Source of the DNA: Hydrolagus colliei
Taxonomy: Eukaryota
Direction: 5' to 3'
Assembly: GCA_035084275.1 (NCBI GenBank)
Contig: CM068748.1
Span: 15,872,001 to 15,936,000 of the forward strand
DNA length: 64,000 nucleotides
This document shows positions 25,040 through 36,884 of this stretch, in pieces. How positions within the stretch are numbered: the first letter of the stretch is position 1; each line of letters starts with the position of its first letter. The notes beneath the pieces are model-generated. The model did no database searches. It worked only from the letters and a program-made list of their open reading frames with translations, and was not told the DNA's origin. The translations under genes were made by a program, and so were the position numbers.

Positions 25040-25332
25040 AATAATAATCCTTGCATTTGATATGGCGCTTTTCACATCTTTTAGATGTCTTAAAGTGCTT
25101 CACAGAATATACTGTAAAGTGAATTGACTATATATTTGTGGGCAAAATGCAGCAGCCAATTGCACACAGCAGTATCCCACAAACAGTCGTGGATTGAAAG
25201 ACTAGTTTTTTTTTGAGGAATTATTATTAGGCATGTGGAGTAAGGAAACTTGCCCAAGGTTTTGCCCTGCCTGGATTCAAACACAAATCTCACGCTTGCA
25301 AGGCTCTTAACCACTGAGCTACAGAACTCCAC
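25040..25332 (-). mobile_element. Near full-length tRNA-derived SINE
   Basis: Same head, body and tail as 8162-8478. Confidence 0.88.
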
Positions 25333-25399
25333 ACAAGATATAGTATATAAATGCAAGTTGTTGTTTTCATGTAATCTCAGGTAATTTGAAGTCTCTAGT

Positions 25400-25610
25400 G
25401 CTCTTGTCTTAACCTCTCCCCAAGCCACCACCTGGCGCCTCCGCTCGAATGGCACTGGCTCCTGCTCATCCCTCTCTCCCTCCGCCTCACCATCAGAGGT
25501 TGCATTTTAAGCCCCTTCACCCCCCGACTCTGGAAGATTCTCCCTCAATCCCCCCAGCCTTGCCGCCTCTCTTCCCCTTTCAAGTCCTGCCTGAAAACCT
25601 TTCTCATCCA
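25400..25610 (+). mobile_element. Decayed L2 3' fragment
   Basis: C-rich ORF2 end (CTCCGCTC...CTTCAAGTCCTGCCTGAAAACC) similar to 34300-34460. Confidence 0.65.
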
Positions 25611-26261
25611 GAAGTATGTTTCAGGAGAAGGAACGTGCTTTACTGAAATCTATAGCAACATAACCTTTCTCATCATTTTACGGTGCACCAAACAAGCATG
25701 GTGGTATATCTCAAAGGCTCGGAAGGGGTATCTCCATATCAAACCAATACTAATTGGTGTAAATTATATGGTAAAACGTGATTACATCTGCTATAAATGA
25801 CTGCGTTACACTTTTGTTTAAAATAATTTAATTTGTAATCTGCAATCCAAAGGAAGAAACACTGGTTATATAGGACTCTTAATTATTGATTGTTTTCCCT
25901 AAGGTTGTATGGCTTCTGTCGTCGTACAAGTCAGGCTGTCTATCATTGATTCAGGTCTGTTCTTCGAACACATAGATAATTAACTCTTTGTGTTAGAAGC
26001 ACAATAGAATCAAAGATTTTGAGAGACATGGTGTATATTCATTGCCACATGCCTCTCTTCAGAAAGTGAGGAACATTCCACGTGCTACATTTCTAGAATT
26101 ACAACCTGAGCTCTTATTAACTATATTGATGACATGTTTTCCTTCCTGGTACACTTACCTGGGGTTATAAGGTTAAAAGCATCATGTTATGCTGATCCTG
26201 GAGAATTTTACAGGGGATCAAAGTATTCTTTCCAATCTGCACAAAATCAGTTCAATAATAC

Positions 26262-26573
26262 TACTAATAATAATCCTTGCATTTGATATAGCACTTTTCA
26301 CGTCTTCTGGACGTCTCAAAGCGCTTCACAGAACATACTGTAAAGTGTATATTTTGTGGGTGAATCGTGGCAGCCAATTGCGTACAATGGTATCCCACAA
26401 ACAGTCGTGGACTGAGGTGATCAATTTATTATTGTTATTTTTTTCAAGGGATTATTATCAGGCGTGTGCTTGGAGTAAGCAAACTTGCCCAGCGTTTCGC
26501 TCTAACCTGTTGGGAATCAAACCCAGATTTCTCGCTTGCGAAGTGAGTACGCTAACCACTGAGCAACAGGACT
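26262..26573 (-). mobile_element. Near full-length tRNA-derived SINE
   Basis: Same family as 8162-8478. Confidence 0.88.
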
Positions 26574-27619
26574 GTTTCCTGTGAATTAGGTTGACTGACT
26601 CAAAAATGTCCCGGCAGCAGTCTATACCATTCCAGGCTAACTTGAAGCCCCCTTCTTACAATCCATCATGGTGAAGTGAGCTCTGATGAGGTTTATTTTG
26701 GTGACCAGGTACATTTGTAATTTCATTTAAAATGTCGATAGAGAGAGCATTTTTTCATTCATGAAAAATACCACAAATATAGCCCTCAACCAGTTGAAAG
26801 GGGGCGACAATCTAATAATTTCAGTTTTAAAGGCTTTTGCTTGTAGTAGTGTTCAAAATGGGTCATTCTGATCTGAATTGAATGTAATCTTCCATGGTTT
26901 ACTGTAAGGGCAGCTTTGGGTTCATGCAAGGTCAGGAATGGGATTTAATTACTGCCTGATGCACACATGCTGATTTTTAATTTTCAGTTTTAAACCCAGA
27001 GGAGATTAGAATCAACCAATTCCAATATCCTGATGCAAAACTCCTGCCTCAGAAGCATTGGGTTCTCATGAACACGATTGGAATATAAATGTAGCTTCCT
27101 GCTTTTTCATTTAGTATAATTACACTGGAAATTCAAAATATAAATACATTTTCAGAGGTTTAAATAGGATTTCCTGTTCATGTTCATGTGCCCAGACTTG
27201 CAGATTGACGTTTATGGTGTTCCATTTTATTGTGATATACAGGAGTAATAAATTAAATATTAGTCCAATGGTGGGAAGCTTTTTGAAGAATAAATTGAAA
27301 GCATAAGTTTCCAAAATACTCTGCACTTGTTCTGCAGTAACAAATTACTTCAAAAATCATAAGAAGTATTCTTTTCAAGGATGTGTTGTCTTTTCTACAA
27401 GTCATATAAGTGCTAAATAAATTACTGTGTGGCTTAAGTTTCAAAATGCGTGGTATGATCAACTAAATTTTTACATTTGAACGATATCAGATCAAAAAAC
27501 ATTGGGATGAAGCTTAATGCTGTGAAGTGGCGGAATTGTCTCTTACTCACTCTTTCTGCCTTATTCCCAACATCTTTCGAAATAATTTAATTTAAAATTT
27601 GAAATAATGGATCCTTGCC

Positions 27620-27815
27620 TATGCCTCACCCTTTCCCCTCGCCTCCTTCAAGATTCATTTCAAGACATTCCTTTTTGACCAAACCTTTGGTCGTCTGCCC
27701 AACCTCACTTCTTACCCCCAGCTCAAGCGCAAACTCTTGAATGTCAGGCAGTTTGCGATGTCTTCCTGACGTCAATGGCGCTGTATAGATACAAGTTGTT
27801 AATGTTGATGTTGTT
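27620..27815 (+). mobile_element. L2 3' fragment with tail
   Basis: CCTTCAAG...AAGACATTCCTTTTTGACC...GGCGCTGTATAGATACAAGTTGTT. Confidence 0.65.
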
Positions 27816-29401
27816 GCTATTGATCCCTAAAAATTAAAGCCCCAATTGGTTTTATAAATTATAAAATTATTTTATAAATTTATTTTATTTTGCATGATTA
27901 TTACATATTATCAAGCTGATATCTGTATTGAGATGATCTAACTTGTTTATTTAAATAGACATGTTGAGAAAGTGTTGATTGCAAGACAGCATTCATATCC
28001 TCATTAACATTTATTGAAGTTATTTAGTCTGTCACCATTGATTTCCAGCACATTGATTTCATAAAAGTACCTAGAAATTTGTTGCTTCACCATCTGTATT
28101 ATTTTGAAGACTGACAAGAAGCAGTGGCACAATCATTTGTAAGGAGTTGTAAGTTATCCAATATTATACAGGTTAGTGCAGTGTATAAGGAAGTCCATGG
28201 TTGTGAAATCAACCCTTTGTGACTTTCCTGAAACATTTTATTCAATGAAACAAAGAGTAAGGATTCTCAGAACAAATTGAGTGAGTTGTGGTCCTTCCAA
28301 CGTGAAACATGCTATTCAAATGTAGTTTTGTTGTTGTTGTTGACATGTTGCTTACTAATTCACTTGACTATTGTTTGGTTTCGGCAACGTGAAGAATATC
28401 TCACAATGTTGTGGGTACTTTACAATTTACAGAGTCATGATTTCCCAGGTTTTTATGTACTCTGTGTCAAATGATATGCAACTTACTCCATACACATCAT
28501 GCAATCATCAGATTTCCCTTATGGATTTTCTCTTTGCCTTTAAGTACTGCTCTGTGATGAAGTGATAGGAAGAGTTATAGAAAGATCAATTCATAAGTAA
28601 TGTGATACCTTTTCCGCTAATTAAAATGGAAAAGCCACTGCAATATTTATCACATACTAATCAAAGGGATATTGTTGATGTGTTGGCAAAGCAATTTTCA
28701 TATTTTAACAGATTTAATTATTTTCCCTCAAAACCCAAATGACTACAGGTAGTTTTACCACCCAAATGCAACACCGTAAGCACTTACGTTCTCTCCAGAA
28801 ACACACAATAAATTCTGAGAATACTGTACTTATTTTGCTACTGTTCGACGGGATCAACTGCCAGTCAAGAAAACATTTACTTAATCAGGCTTTCAAAGTC
28901 TGAATGGAATGTTTCTCAGGAAGAAGACTTGTGCTATCAGACAATGAAGGCAATCTGAGAATAGGAAACGTCTCAATGGCGTAGATTCTAGATTGTCAGT
29001 AAATGTTCTTACCTTGGCAGTAATGAACCAGACAAGATGAGTAAATTTATAAATGATCAGAGAATTACTCTTACAAATTAACATGAAGTTAGAAGTGTGC
29101 TTTACAGACTGCAAAACTGTCATTTAATTTATCATTATGTTCTATGTGTCAATTCATAAATCCCTCAAAGTACAACAGGACTCATGTTCAAACTGAACAA
29201 AAAATCAATCTTTTCTCTATTTTTACGGCAAAGTAAATATAATTTCTCATGGGTTGCCAATGTAGTAAGATTCTTTTGCTTTGCTTCAATCATTCCCTTG
29301 CTGTGTGTGTGACTGTAAACCAGAGGACTTTTCGGTTTCATCAGTCCTACAGGTGCAAATCAAAAGTACCCTTGTAGTGTTTTGTTGCCTGTTTTATATA
29401 G

Positions 29402-29566
29402 GATATACAAAAAATCACTAATGTTGTGTCTTCTCAGGCTGATGCCAACTCCAAAAATGTGGAAGAGAAGGAAGAGCTGCCTGCAGCAGAAGTGGGCTGG
29501 ATGACCTCTGTGAAGGACTGGGCAGGAGTTATGATATCTGCGCAAACACTGACTGGCCGAGTTCTT
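29402..29566 (+). CDS. KCNMA1: KCNMA1 (Slo1/BK channel alpha subunit) coding exon 2, S0-S1 intracellular linker; 165 nt, phase 0/0
   Basis: Acceptor TTTTGTTGCCTGTTTTATATAG| and donor |GTAAGT. Translation [55 protein letters not shown]; its C-terminal [28 protein letters not shown] matches the mammalian BK alpha sequence as I recall it. It is absent from the ORF track (55 codons, no start codon at its 5' end). Confidence 0.97.
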
Positions 29567-29939
29567 GTAAGTTAAGTTTATTCATTGTTTGCCTTTAACT
29601 AACCCTTTAAGTAAGTTTGTTGTATTAATATACCTATACTTCACATCCATAATTGGAATTGTATATTGTTAATTTTATTGACTGTATGAAACAATATTAA
29701 GTTAAATTGGTGAAAGAAAAGCATTGAGGTTTTGACAAAGCTGCCTTGAATAGTTGTTGTAAGCAAAGTTAAGATCTAAAATACTTAAGATGTAGACCTG
29801 CATTATACACATTGTAAAGTGGATCAGACAAGATAAAAGTAAAATATGTTTGACAGAGGTTGGGAACATTGAAAATTAAAATGGGTGAATTAGGTTTGCT
29901 AGCTGATTTGCAGGCAAATGTGTAATTATCCAAAGACAA

Positions 29940-30105
29940 AATGCTGAATAAGCTGAAAATCTCAAAAAAACAGAAGTCCCTGGGAACACTCAGCAGCTCA
30001 GGCAGCATCTATGGAGAGACGAAAGTGATTAAACGTTTCAGGTTGATAACCTTTCATCAGAACTATCTGTTGAAAGCTTCATCAATCTGAAACATTGACT
30101 CACTT
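29940..30105. mobile_element. Penelope-like terminal-repeat remnant with a short inverted second copy
   Basis: ACACTCAGCAGCTCAGGCAGCATCTATGGAGAGA..AAACGTTTCAGGTTGAT.ACCTTTCATCAGAAC resembles a common shark Penelope-type repeat. It is followed by its partial reverse complement CTGTTGAAAGCTTCATCAATCTGAAACATT. Confidence 0.6.
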
Positions 30106-30494
30106 TAACTACATGACCAAATTTGTAATTATCCCCCACTGTATCTTCTTCTGTTACTGTTCCTGCTTATTGTCAAAATAGAGATGCTCAGTCTGCGCAT
30201 AAGGAAACCTTCACATGAGCAGGATATCATCTCTGAGAGTTGGAAACCCTCTCCAAACACAAAATTTAATTTGGTTAAATGCAATGAATGTTTTCTTTCC
30301 TGAGCTTGTGATAGTATTTGTTTTTAGTATAATCGATTTCTTTAAAGCCCTGTTCTTTTTATTGTCAGAAAACTAAATGTCATTAGTCCAGCCAGGGATG
30401 TTACTGAATTGAATTAGCTTCTACTAAAGAAAACATATTGAGGAAGTGTATCTCCGAGTGTTAGATTAAAACCAGGAACAATGGCCTAAAGCAC

Positions 30495-30496
<2 letters not shown>

Positions 30497-30538
<42 letters not shown>
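30497..30538 (+). repeat. (TG)21 microsatellite
   Basis: Perfect TG run. Confidence 0.97.
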
Positions 30539-30541
<3 letters not shown>

Positions 30542-31309
30542 ACGGAGTCATGGGATCTTGGGGTGCTAAGTGTCTAGATATTCAATGCATGTAAGTACTT
30601 GTAATTTAAATTGGAAGTGTCCAAATTGGACTTTCTCTCAATATAACCATGGAGACTGACTAAACGTTAATGTTCTGCCAATGAGTATTAATAGCACGTT
30701 AAAGACGTGGCATTTAAATCGTCATACCTGTATTTACAAAGAGATGGACATTGTTACCACAATGTCATTTTCACAATTTTTACTTCTTGAATTCGTATTA
30801 AACCCCAGAAAATTGGACATGGAAACGCAAAATGAAATTTTACTTTCAGAATCTTACCTTCATGTAGATTCCTCACTTGTTCTGACACATCTCAATTTGA
30901 GTATGATTGACAGATAAAGCTTGTTCTGTGACTTGTGTTTCTTTACAAATTATAGTACAATTGTTCATAACAATTGAAGGCCATTTTACAATTTACATTA
31001 CAAGTTTTCTAAAATATTTTTTAATGCTTTAATACAGAAATAACACCGCCATTTGTTGTCAGTTCGAATTTAAATATCCATCGAATTGTGATTTGTTGAA
31101 AAGATTCACTTTCATTGTAACATCCTTGTTCCTGTTAAAACTTCAGTGATTAAATCTTACTGTGACTGCTTGTATGATACCATTCCACATCAATGAGTTT
31201 TAACAAGTAAATTGACAATTGTAATTAATTAATTTGACCCTGCGATTTACCAGAAATGTGAGACATCAGCTGAACCCGTGTATGATGAGACAGTTGAGAA
31301 ACTACAGTA

Positions 31310-31525
31310 TAATAATATAATAATAATCCTTGCATTTGATATAGAGCTTTTCACATTTTATCGACATCTCAAAGCACTTCACAGAATATATTGTAAAGTG
31401 AATTGACTGTATATTTGTGGGTGAAACATGGCAGACAATTGCGCACAACAATGTCCCACAAACAGTTGTGGATTGAAAAGACCAATTTTATTATTGTAGC
31501 TTTTTTGGACGGATTATTATTATTA
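31310..31525 (-). mobile_element. 5'-truncated SINE
   Basis: Tail and Deu-like body of the 8162 family; tRNA head absent. Confidence 0.85.
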
Positions 31526-33577
31526 TTACATGCAGAATTGGACAGCTTTACCTTTTCGTAATTCATTGAGCAATTTTTGTTTAAAATTGTTCAATAGAAT
31601 TGCAAGCTTCAGATGTTTTTTCAATTGTGTTTTTCAAGGGTTCTTGTTGTTAGAGGTTTGTGAATATGGGTTTTATTGGCATCTTTTCACATGACTAACT
31701 CTTGTGAATTAGCAGGGATTTTATCAAATTTATCATAGATTTCCTTGCTGGGATTATAATAAATTTCGTCAAATTTAAATTTCTTACTGGCAGGTCAAGT
31801 ATTTCTAAACAGGCTAGTCTGAAACTATCTCAGAACTCACTTTAGTTAGTCAGCAATCATTTTTGTGAGGATTGTTATCTTTTGAGAATTATCTTATGAA
31901 ACAAAGTCTAGTTAGTTCAGTTTTTATAAAAATTTTGGAAAGATTTCCTCTAGTAAGAATTTTTTTAATTGACCTCTATGGTTTATTCAAGCTATGTTGA
32001 TGTAGGTGACTGTGGGCAGCAACATGTGTTGCTATGGAATTACAAAGCAGGAAGGAATACGATGCGAACAAGACTTGACTATTTTCCCAGCATGATGGGA
32101 TACTCCAACCAGAGTTCCTAATGACAACCGATTAAGATAATTCAGCATTACAGGGAACCAAAAAGTCGTATTTTTCTGCTACCCTATTGTTTAAAAAAAA
32201 TTATAATTTCCTTAAGACATATTAGATAATGTAATTGTATCATGTCTTTTTGATCACTATGTATTACTGATCTTGATTTGAGGTCTTCACAAGGTTTCAA
32301 ACCAATGGAAAAGTAAGAATGTTGTGAGTGTTGCAATAGCATACTGGAATCGATTGAACAGTAATTAGAAATGTCATTATTGAAAACTCCCACTGTGTAT
32401 GTTTCTGAATGTTCAAGTGAAATGCAACAAATCACACACAAAAAATTGTGTGAACAGCTACTGTGAATATTTTATATTTTATTAATGAGATTAGTTAAAA
32501 TTCAACCTACCTCTCATATGTATCTCAACAAGTCCTGCTTGAAAATCCTTAAAATGCAATGCACTGAAAGAAAGAGGTGGCTCCCCTTAAACCCTAATTT
32601 CCAGCATCTTGGGACATCCTCCTGATGGGAAAGGTGCAATACAAGTGTAATTTTGTTGTTGTTGTAATATTCTGTTGCATTCCTTCTGCTTTCATAGTAC
32701 ACTGCCTGTTTAAGTTAATACAATAGCTAATAATGCATTGAACAAAAATCGATGTTAAGCAGAAAAAGAACAATCTATTTTTAAAAGTATTATTGTCCTC
32801 AAAGCTTTTATCCTCTTTTTAGACAGGTAGTTGAAAGAAAGATCAGGAAGTAGCTCCCCATCGTCTCGAATGGGTCCTCCTGGTATGAAAGGCACTGTGT
32901 AAGATATGTCCAATTTGACCCTGCGGTGAAGTAAAGACTAGTCTTGTACAATTAATCAAGTTTAATTAAACCAAATTAGTAATAGTTATAGGTAGTTAAA
33001 AGAGTACAACAGAATAGTGCTTACGTATCCACATACAGTTCACAACGATTAAGGTTGGCTAAAGCAAATGTTGTGGAAGAGATGGAGGATTTAATATCCA
33101 ATTTAATGTCCACCTAAAGGTATTCATTACTGATGCACAGCTGCCCATTTGATCAGCAAAAAGATATCCAGTTGTTGCAGTAATGTAGCTTAGTTTGAGA
33201 GCGTTGATAAAGTTGTTGACAGTCGTCTTAGTCTTTATTTTCCTTCTTTAGAAGCTGGAATATGGTTTGCGACTCCAAGTTCCAATTCCTTGTCTTTTCT
33301 GATTCTCTTCCCGAATTGGTCTCTCTTTATCCAGTTGGTCGATGATCTTTCACCTACTTCATCTTTCAAATTATGGTTTCTTTCTCTGTACTTTTTCCTC
33401 TTGAAGAAAATGAAGTGAACCGCCAACCTACTCAAGCTACTTTGCGTAGACAGATTTGGACAACTTTTGGGCAGCCTTCCACAGCCTACTTGTTTTTCAG
33501 CCTTGAGATAGGCAGGTGTCTGAGGCTGTAGCTTTTTCTTTCTGTGGTCCATCGTTTATACATCTGTGCATAAGGAC

Positions 33578-34555
33578 CCAATTGCTCTGTCCTTGGCCCC
33601 CACTTTTCAACAGCTGCATGCTCCCACTTGGTGACATCATCACAGACATGGGGTTAACTTCCACATGTATGCGGATGACACCCAACTCTATCTTTCTGCC
33701 TCTAACCTCGACTCCAGGACTACTACTGTCCTGACAGACTGTCTGTCACACATCAAGTCCTGGATGAGAACTAACTTTCTACAGTTGAATGTCAACAAGA
33801 CAGAGGCCCTCCTGATTGGCTCACACCAACGCCTTCTTTGGATCAGACACTAGCAGCATCAACCTCCATGTTGCTCACTCGACCTCACCAAGCCAGTCAG
33901 GAATCTAGGTGTCTTGTTCGACCCTCAACTGTTTTTCCTCCCCCACATCCAAGCAACGACTCACTCATCCTTTCCTCATCTCTGCAATATTACCCAACTC
34001 CGCCACTACCTTTCCCCCAAGGCCGCTGAAACCCTCATTCAAGTATACATTACATGTTGGCTTGACTATGCAAATGCCCTGCTTGTTGGCCTTCCCAATT
34101 CCTCCCTCCACAGGTTGCAGAGGATCTCTGTGGCCCATGTCCTCTACCACTCCAAACTCCGTGATCCCATCTCCCCCATTCATGCCTAACCCATCATCCA
34201 GAGGTTCCAATTCAAGATCCTGGTCCTCACATTTAAAGCTCTCCACAAACTCGTCCCACCCTATATCCGTGACCTTCTAACCCAGTACCAACGTGCCCAC
34301 CCCCTCCGCTCAGCAGGCTCTGGCCTGCTCCATGTCCCTCGACCCCCCCCCCCATTGGCGGGCGAGCCTTTAAGCCCTTCTGCCCCCAACTTCTGGAACC
34401 ATTCCCGCAGACCCTCTGCCTCGCCCCTTCAAGTCCTGCCTCAAAATCTTCCTCTTCGATGGTCCCATCGGCAACTCCTAATCCCATTCCTCCTCCCATC
34501 CCCGTCCCCAGGTCGGCTCTGAAACAATGACTGTCCAGCATCTTGGGACGTCCTC
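33578..34555 (+). mobile_element. 5'-truncated L2 LINE including the RT catalytic motif
   Basis: ..SVLGP..MLPLGDII..HMYADDTQLY..NFLQLNVNKTEALLIG..FDPQL.. with several frameshifts; ends in CTTGGGACGTCCTC. Confidence 0.93.
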
Positions 34556-35117
34556 TATGCCCCTATTTATAAATCCTAGTATCCCGTACTCTTTTTTAAC
34601 AGCTTTGTCTACTTATACTGCCACCTTCAGAGATTTGAGCATAAGAAATAGGAGCAGGAGTAGGCCATTCAGCCCCTCGAGTCTGCCCCGCCATTTAATA
34701 AAATCATGGTTGATCATATTCCATTTACCCGCCCTATCCCATATCGCTTAATCCCTCTGCTTATATGGATGCCCAGGTCTCTCTGTTCATTTATCCCCTT
34801 TGAAATTGTACCATCTAGTTTATACTCTTCAATCTTCCTGCCGAAATGCAACACTCTGCATTTCTCCACATTGAAATTCATTTGCCACGTTTTTTGCCCA
34901 TTTTACCCATCTATCTAAGTCCTCTTGGAGTCTGGTGCTATGCTCCTCACCATATACAGTAGTACTTTTCCTAGCTTAGTATCATCTGCAAATTTGGAAA
35001 TTGTGCTCCCTATATCCAGGTCTGGATCATTTATATCAGTCAGAAAGAGCAATGTTCCCAATACCGATCCCTGAGGGATACCATTGAACACCTCCCTCCA
35101 GTAGGAAAAGTAACCAT
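34556..35117 (-). mobile_element. CR1 ORF2 (RT) fragment with a nested CR1 3' tail (~34638-34760)
   Basis: WREVFNGIPQGSVLGTLLFL.DIND.D.DI.STISKFADDTKLG. The nested CATAAGAAATAGGAGCAGGAGTAGGCCATTCAGCCC is a reverse-complement CR1 terminus. Confidence 0.88.
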
Positions 35118-35329
35118 TCAGTTCCCAAATGGCTCCAGTAGGTGGAGTGGAACGCAGAAGCAAAACATTCCATAAGAATAGAGTTGGAGCTTGTGCTGAG
35201 GGAGTAACCAGCAAAAGTCTGTGCAGTATTTGTCTCTGTGACTTTTGTTGGTTCTGACGCTCTGACTCTTCTTGTGGAATATTTTGCTTCTGCGTTGCAC
35301 TCCATCTACTGGAGCCACTTGGGAACTGA
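35118..35329. repeat. Hairpin (inverted repeat with ~70-bp arms and ~70-bp loop), probable MITE remnant
   Basis: TCAGTTCCCAAATGGCTCCAGTAGGTGGAGTGGAACGCAGAAGCAAAACATTCCATAAGAA ... TTCTTGTGGAATATTTTGCTTCTGCGTTGCACTCCATCTACTGGAGCCACTTGGGAACTGA. Confidence 0.85.
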
Positions 35330-35820
35330 CAGTCACCCAAGCGACGTAAACAAGCATGGGACGGACTTAAGCTTGAGACTTCATTGTTGGGAGTCAAGCG
35401 CTTAACTGCTTGAACTGCTGTTAGTTGTGATTAATAAAATGGGTTGTCACTATCCTGCTTATCCACTGAGGGTGTTATGTTTGAAAAATAGTATTCATTA
35501 AAAGAAGCGTTATTTTCTAATCCCAAAACTATTATTGCATGTATTTGAAACTACACCTTGTAACAAACTCATTATGGCCTGTGTGAAACGTGATGTGACA
35601 TTTGAAGAAACCTCATAGAACTCATCAATCTATTTTGCCAAGCTAAATTTTTGTTTTATTTAAAGGAAAGTTGCACCTTGAATTGTTAGACCTGCCTTCA
35701 TTCCTCTCCATTGACTTACCCGCCTGCAATAAGCAGTTCAGTATAATAACAGCGCATTAAGATTGACACTTTTTAAAACTAATTCCTTCCATACATGATA
35801 TTATTTCCATCATAATTGCA

Positions 35821-35845
35821 GGGTGGGGCGGGGGGGGGGGGGGGG
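35821..35845 (+). repeat. Poly-G tract (G-quadruplex capable)
   Basis: GGGTGGGGCGGGGGGGGGGGGGGGG. Confidence 0.85.
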
Positions 35846-36884
35846 TAATCTGTGATTTTAAGCATCTCAAGTGAATGCAGAATAAGTTTAATTATTTATT
35901 TGGGAGTATTTTTTTCTAAGGAAGAAATACTCCTCTAAATCTTTGATTCATTTAGCTTTCAAAGCAAATGTATTTGCAATGAGTTTGTAACATATCATGT
36001 GCTCACTCTGAAATTCTCTCAAAATCCCTTTGCTCCACACCATCTCTGCCTTCGAACTTCTCTTAAAGTCCATCAGTTTGATCAATACGCACATGCTCCA
36101 TATTCTTCCCTACAAACTTGATGATCCATATTGTTATTAGGAACGGCTTTAAGACATTAATCCCATGTGAAAGGTGCAAAATAAATTTAAATTGTCATTA
36201 TGGTCACTGAGCAATTGGTGACTGACTGCACCAATGATACAGTTGAGTGGGCATTCAAATGGACAGAGGTGTAAGAGCATAGGCATGTCTGACAATACAG
36301 AGCTTTCAAGCCTAACTTAATATGTGACCCTGGCTACAGGGTCATTAATTGTAACCATTGCTCTTCATTCCGTTATTGAAATTGCAGGGCACTTTCTGCA
36401 CATTGAGATTGAACATCTAAGTTTGATTTATTGCATGGTCAGATATAGACTGTGTGAGGAATTAGATTTCAGGCTTGCCACATAACGAACTTTTCATTTA
36501 AAGAGGTTCATTGCGGACATTGGTAAGAACTGATATGGTACGTTTTGCCAGTCACACAGCGACTATATGCAGAGTGCACCCCCCTCCACCCATTTTTCCG
36601 TTATGCAATATGGAATAGGTTGCCATGAAAAGTGGTAGAGGTCAGCACACGATCTAAAAAGCAGCTTGATGCAGTGATTGGGAGTGGGAGGGGGGTGAAA
36701 CGGTAGGGTGGGTGTTCTGGAGAAATAAAATCACATGGGCTGTCCTTCTTCATCCAGACAAATTTGTGTGATTATAGGTGGTTAACTATAAACAAATTTA
36801 CTTGTAACAAGGTTACCCCATGGGCCGTATTCACTGTGCAAAGCATTAAGGCAGTCTACTTGGTTACGTCCTTTTTTGTGAGTA

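Noticed and set aside
29341-29401. Upstream alternative acceptor CCTACAG| at 29352 for exon 2
   Set aside because: It would add 49 nt and shift the frame; homology to BK alpha starts at 29402.
33235-33552. 105-aa Lys/Arg-rich minus-strand ORF
   Set aside because: No recognisable domain or splice context; it reflects a pyrimidine-rich plus strand next to an L2.
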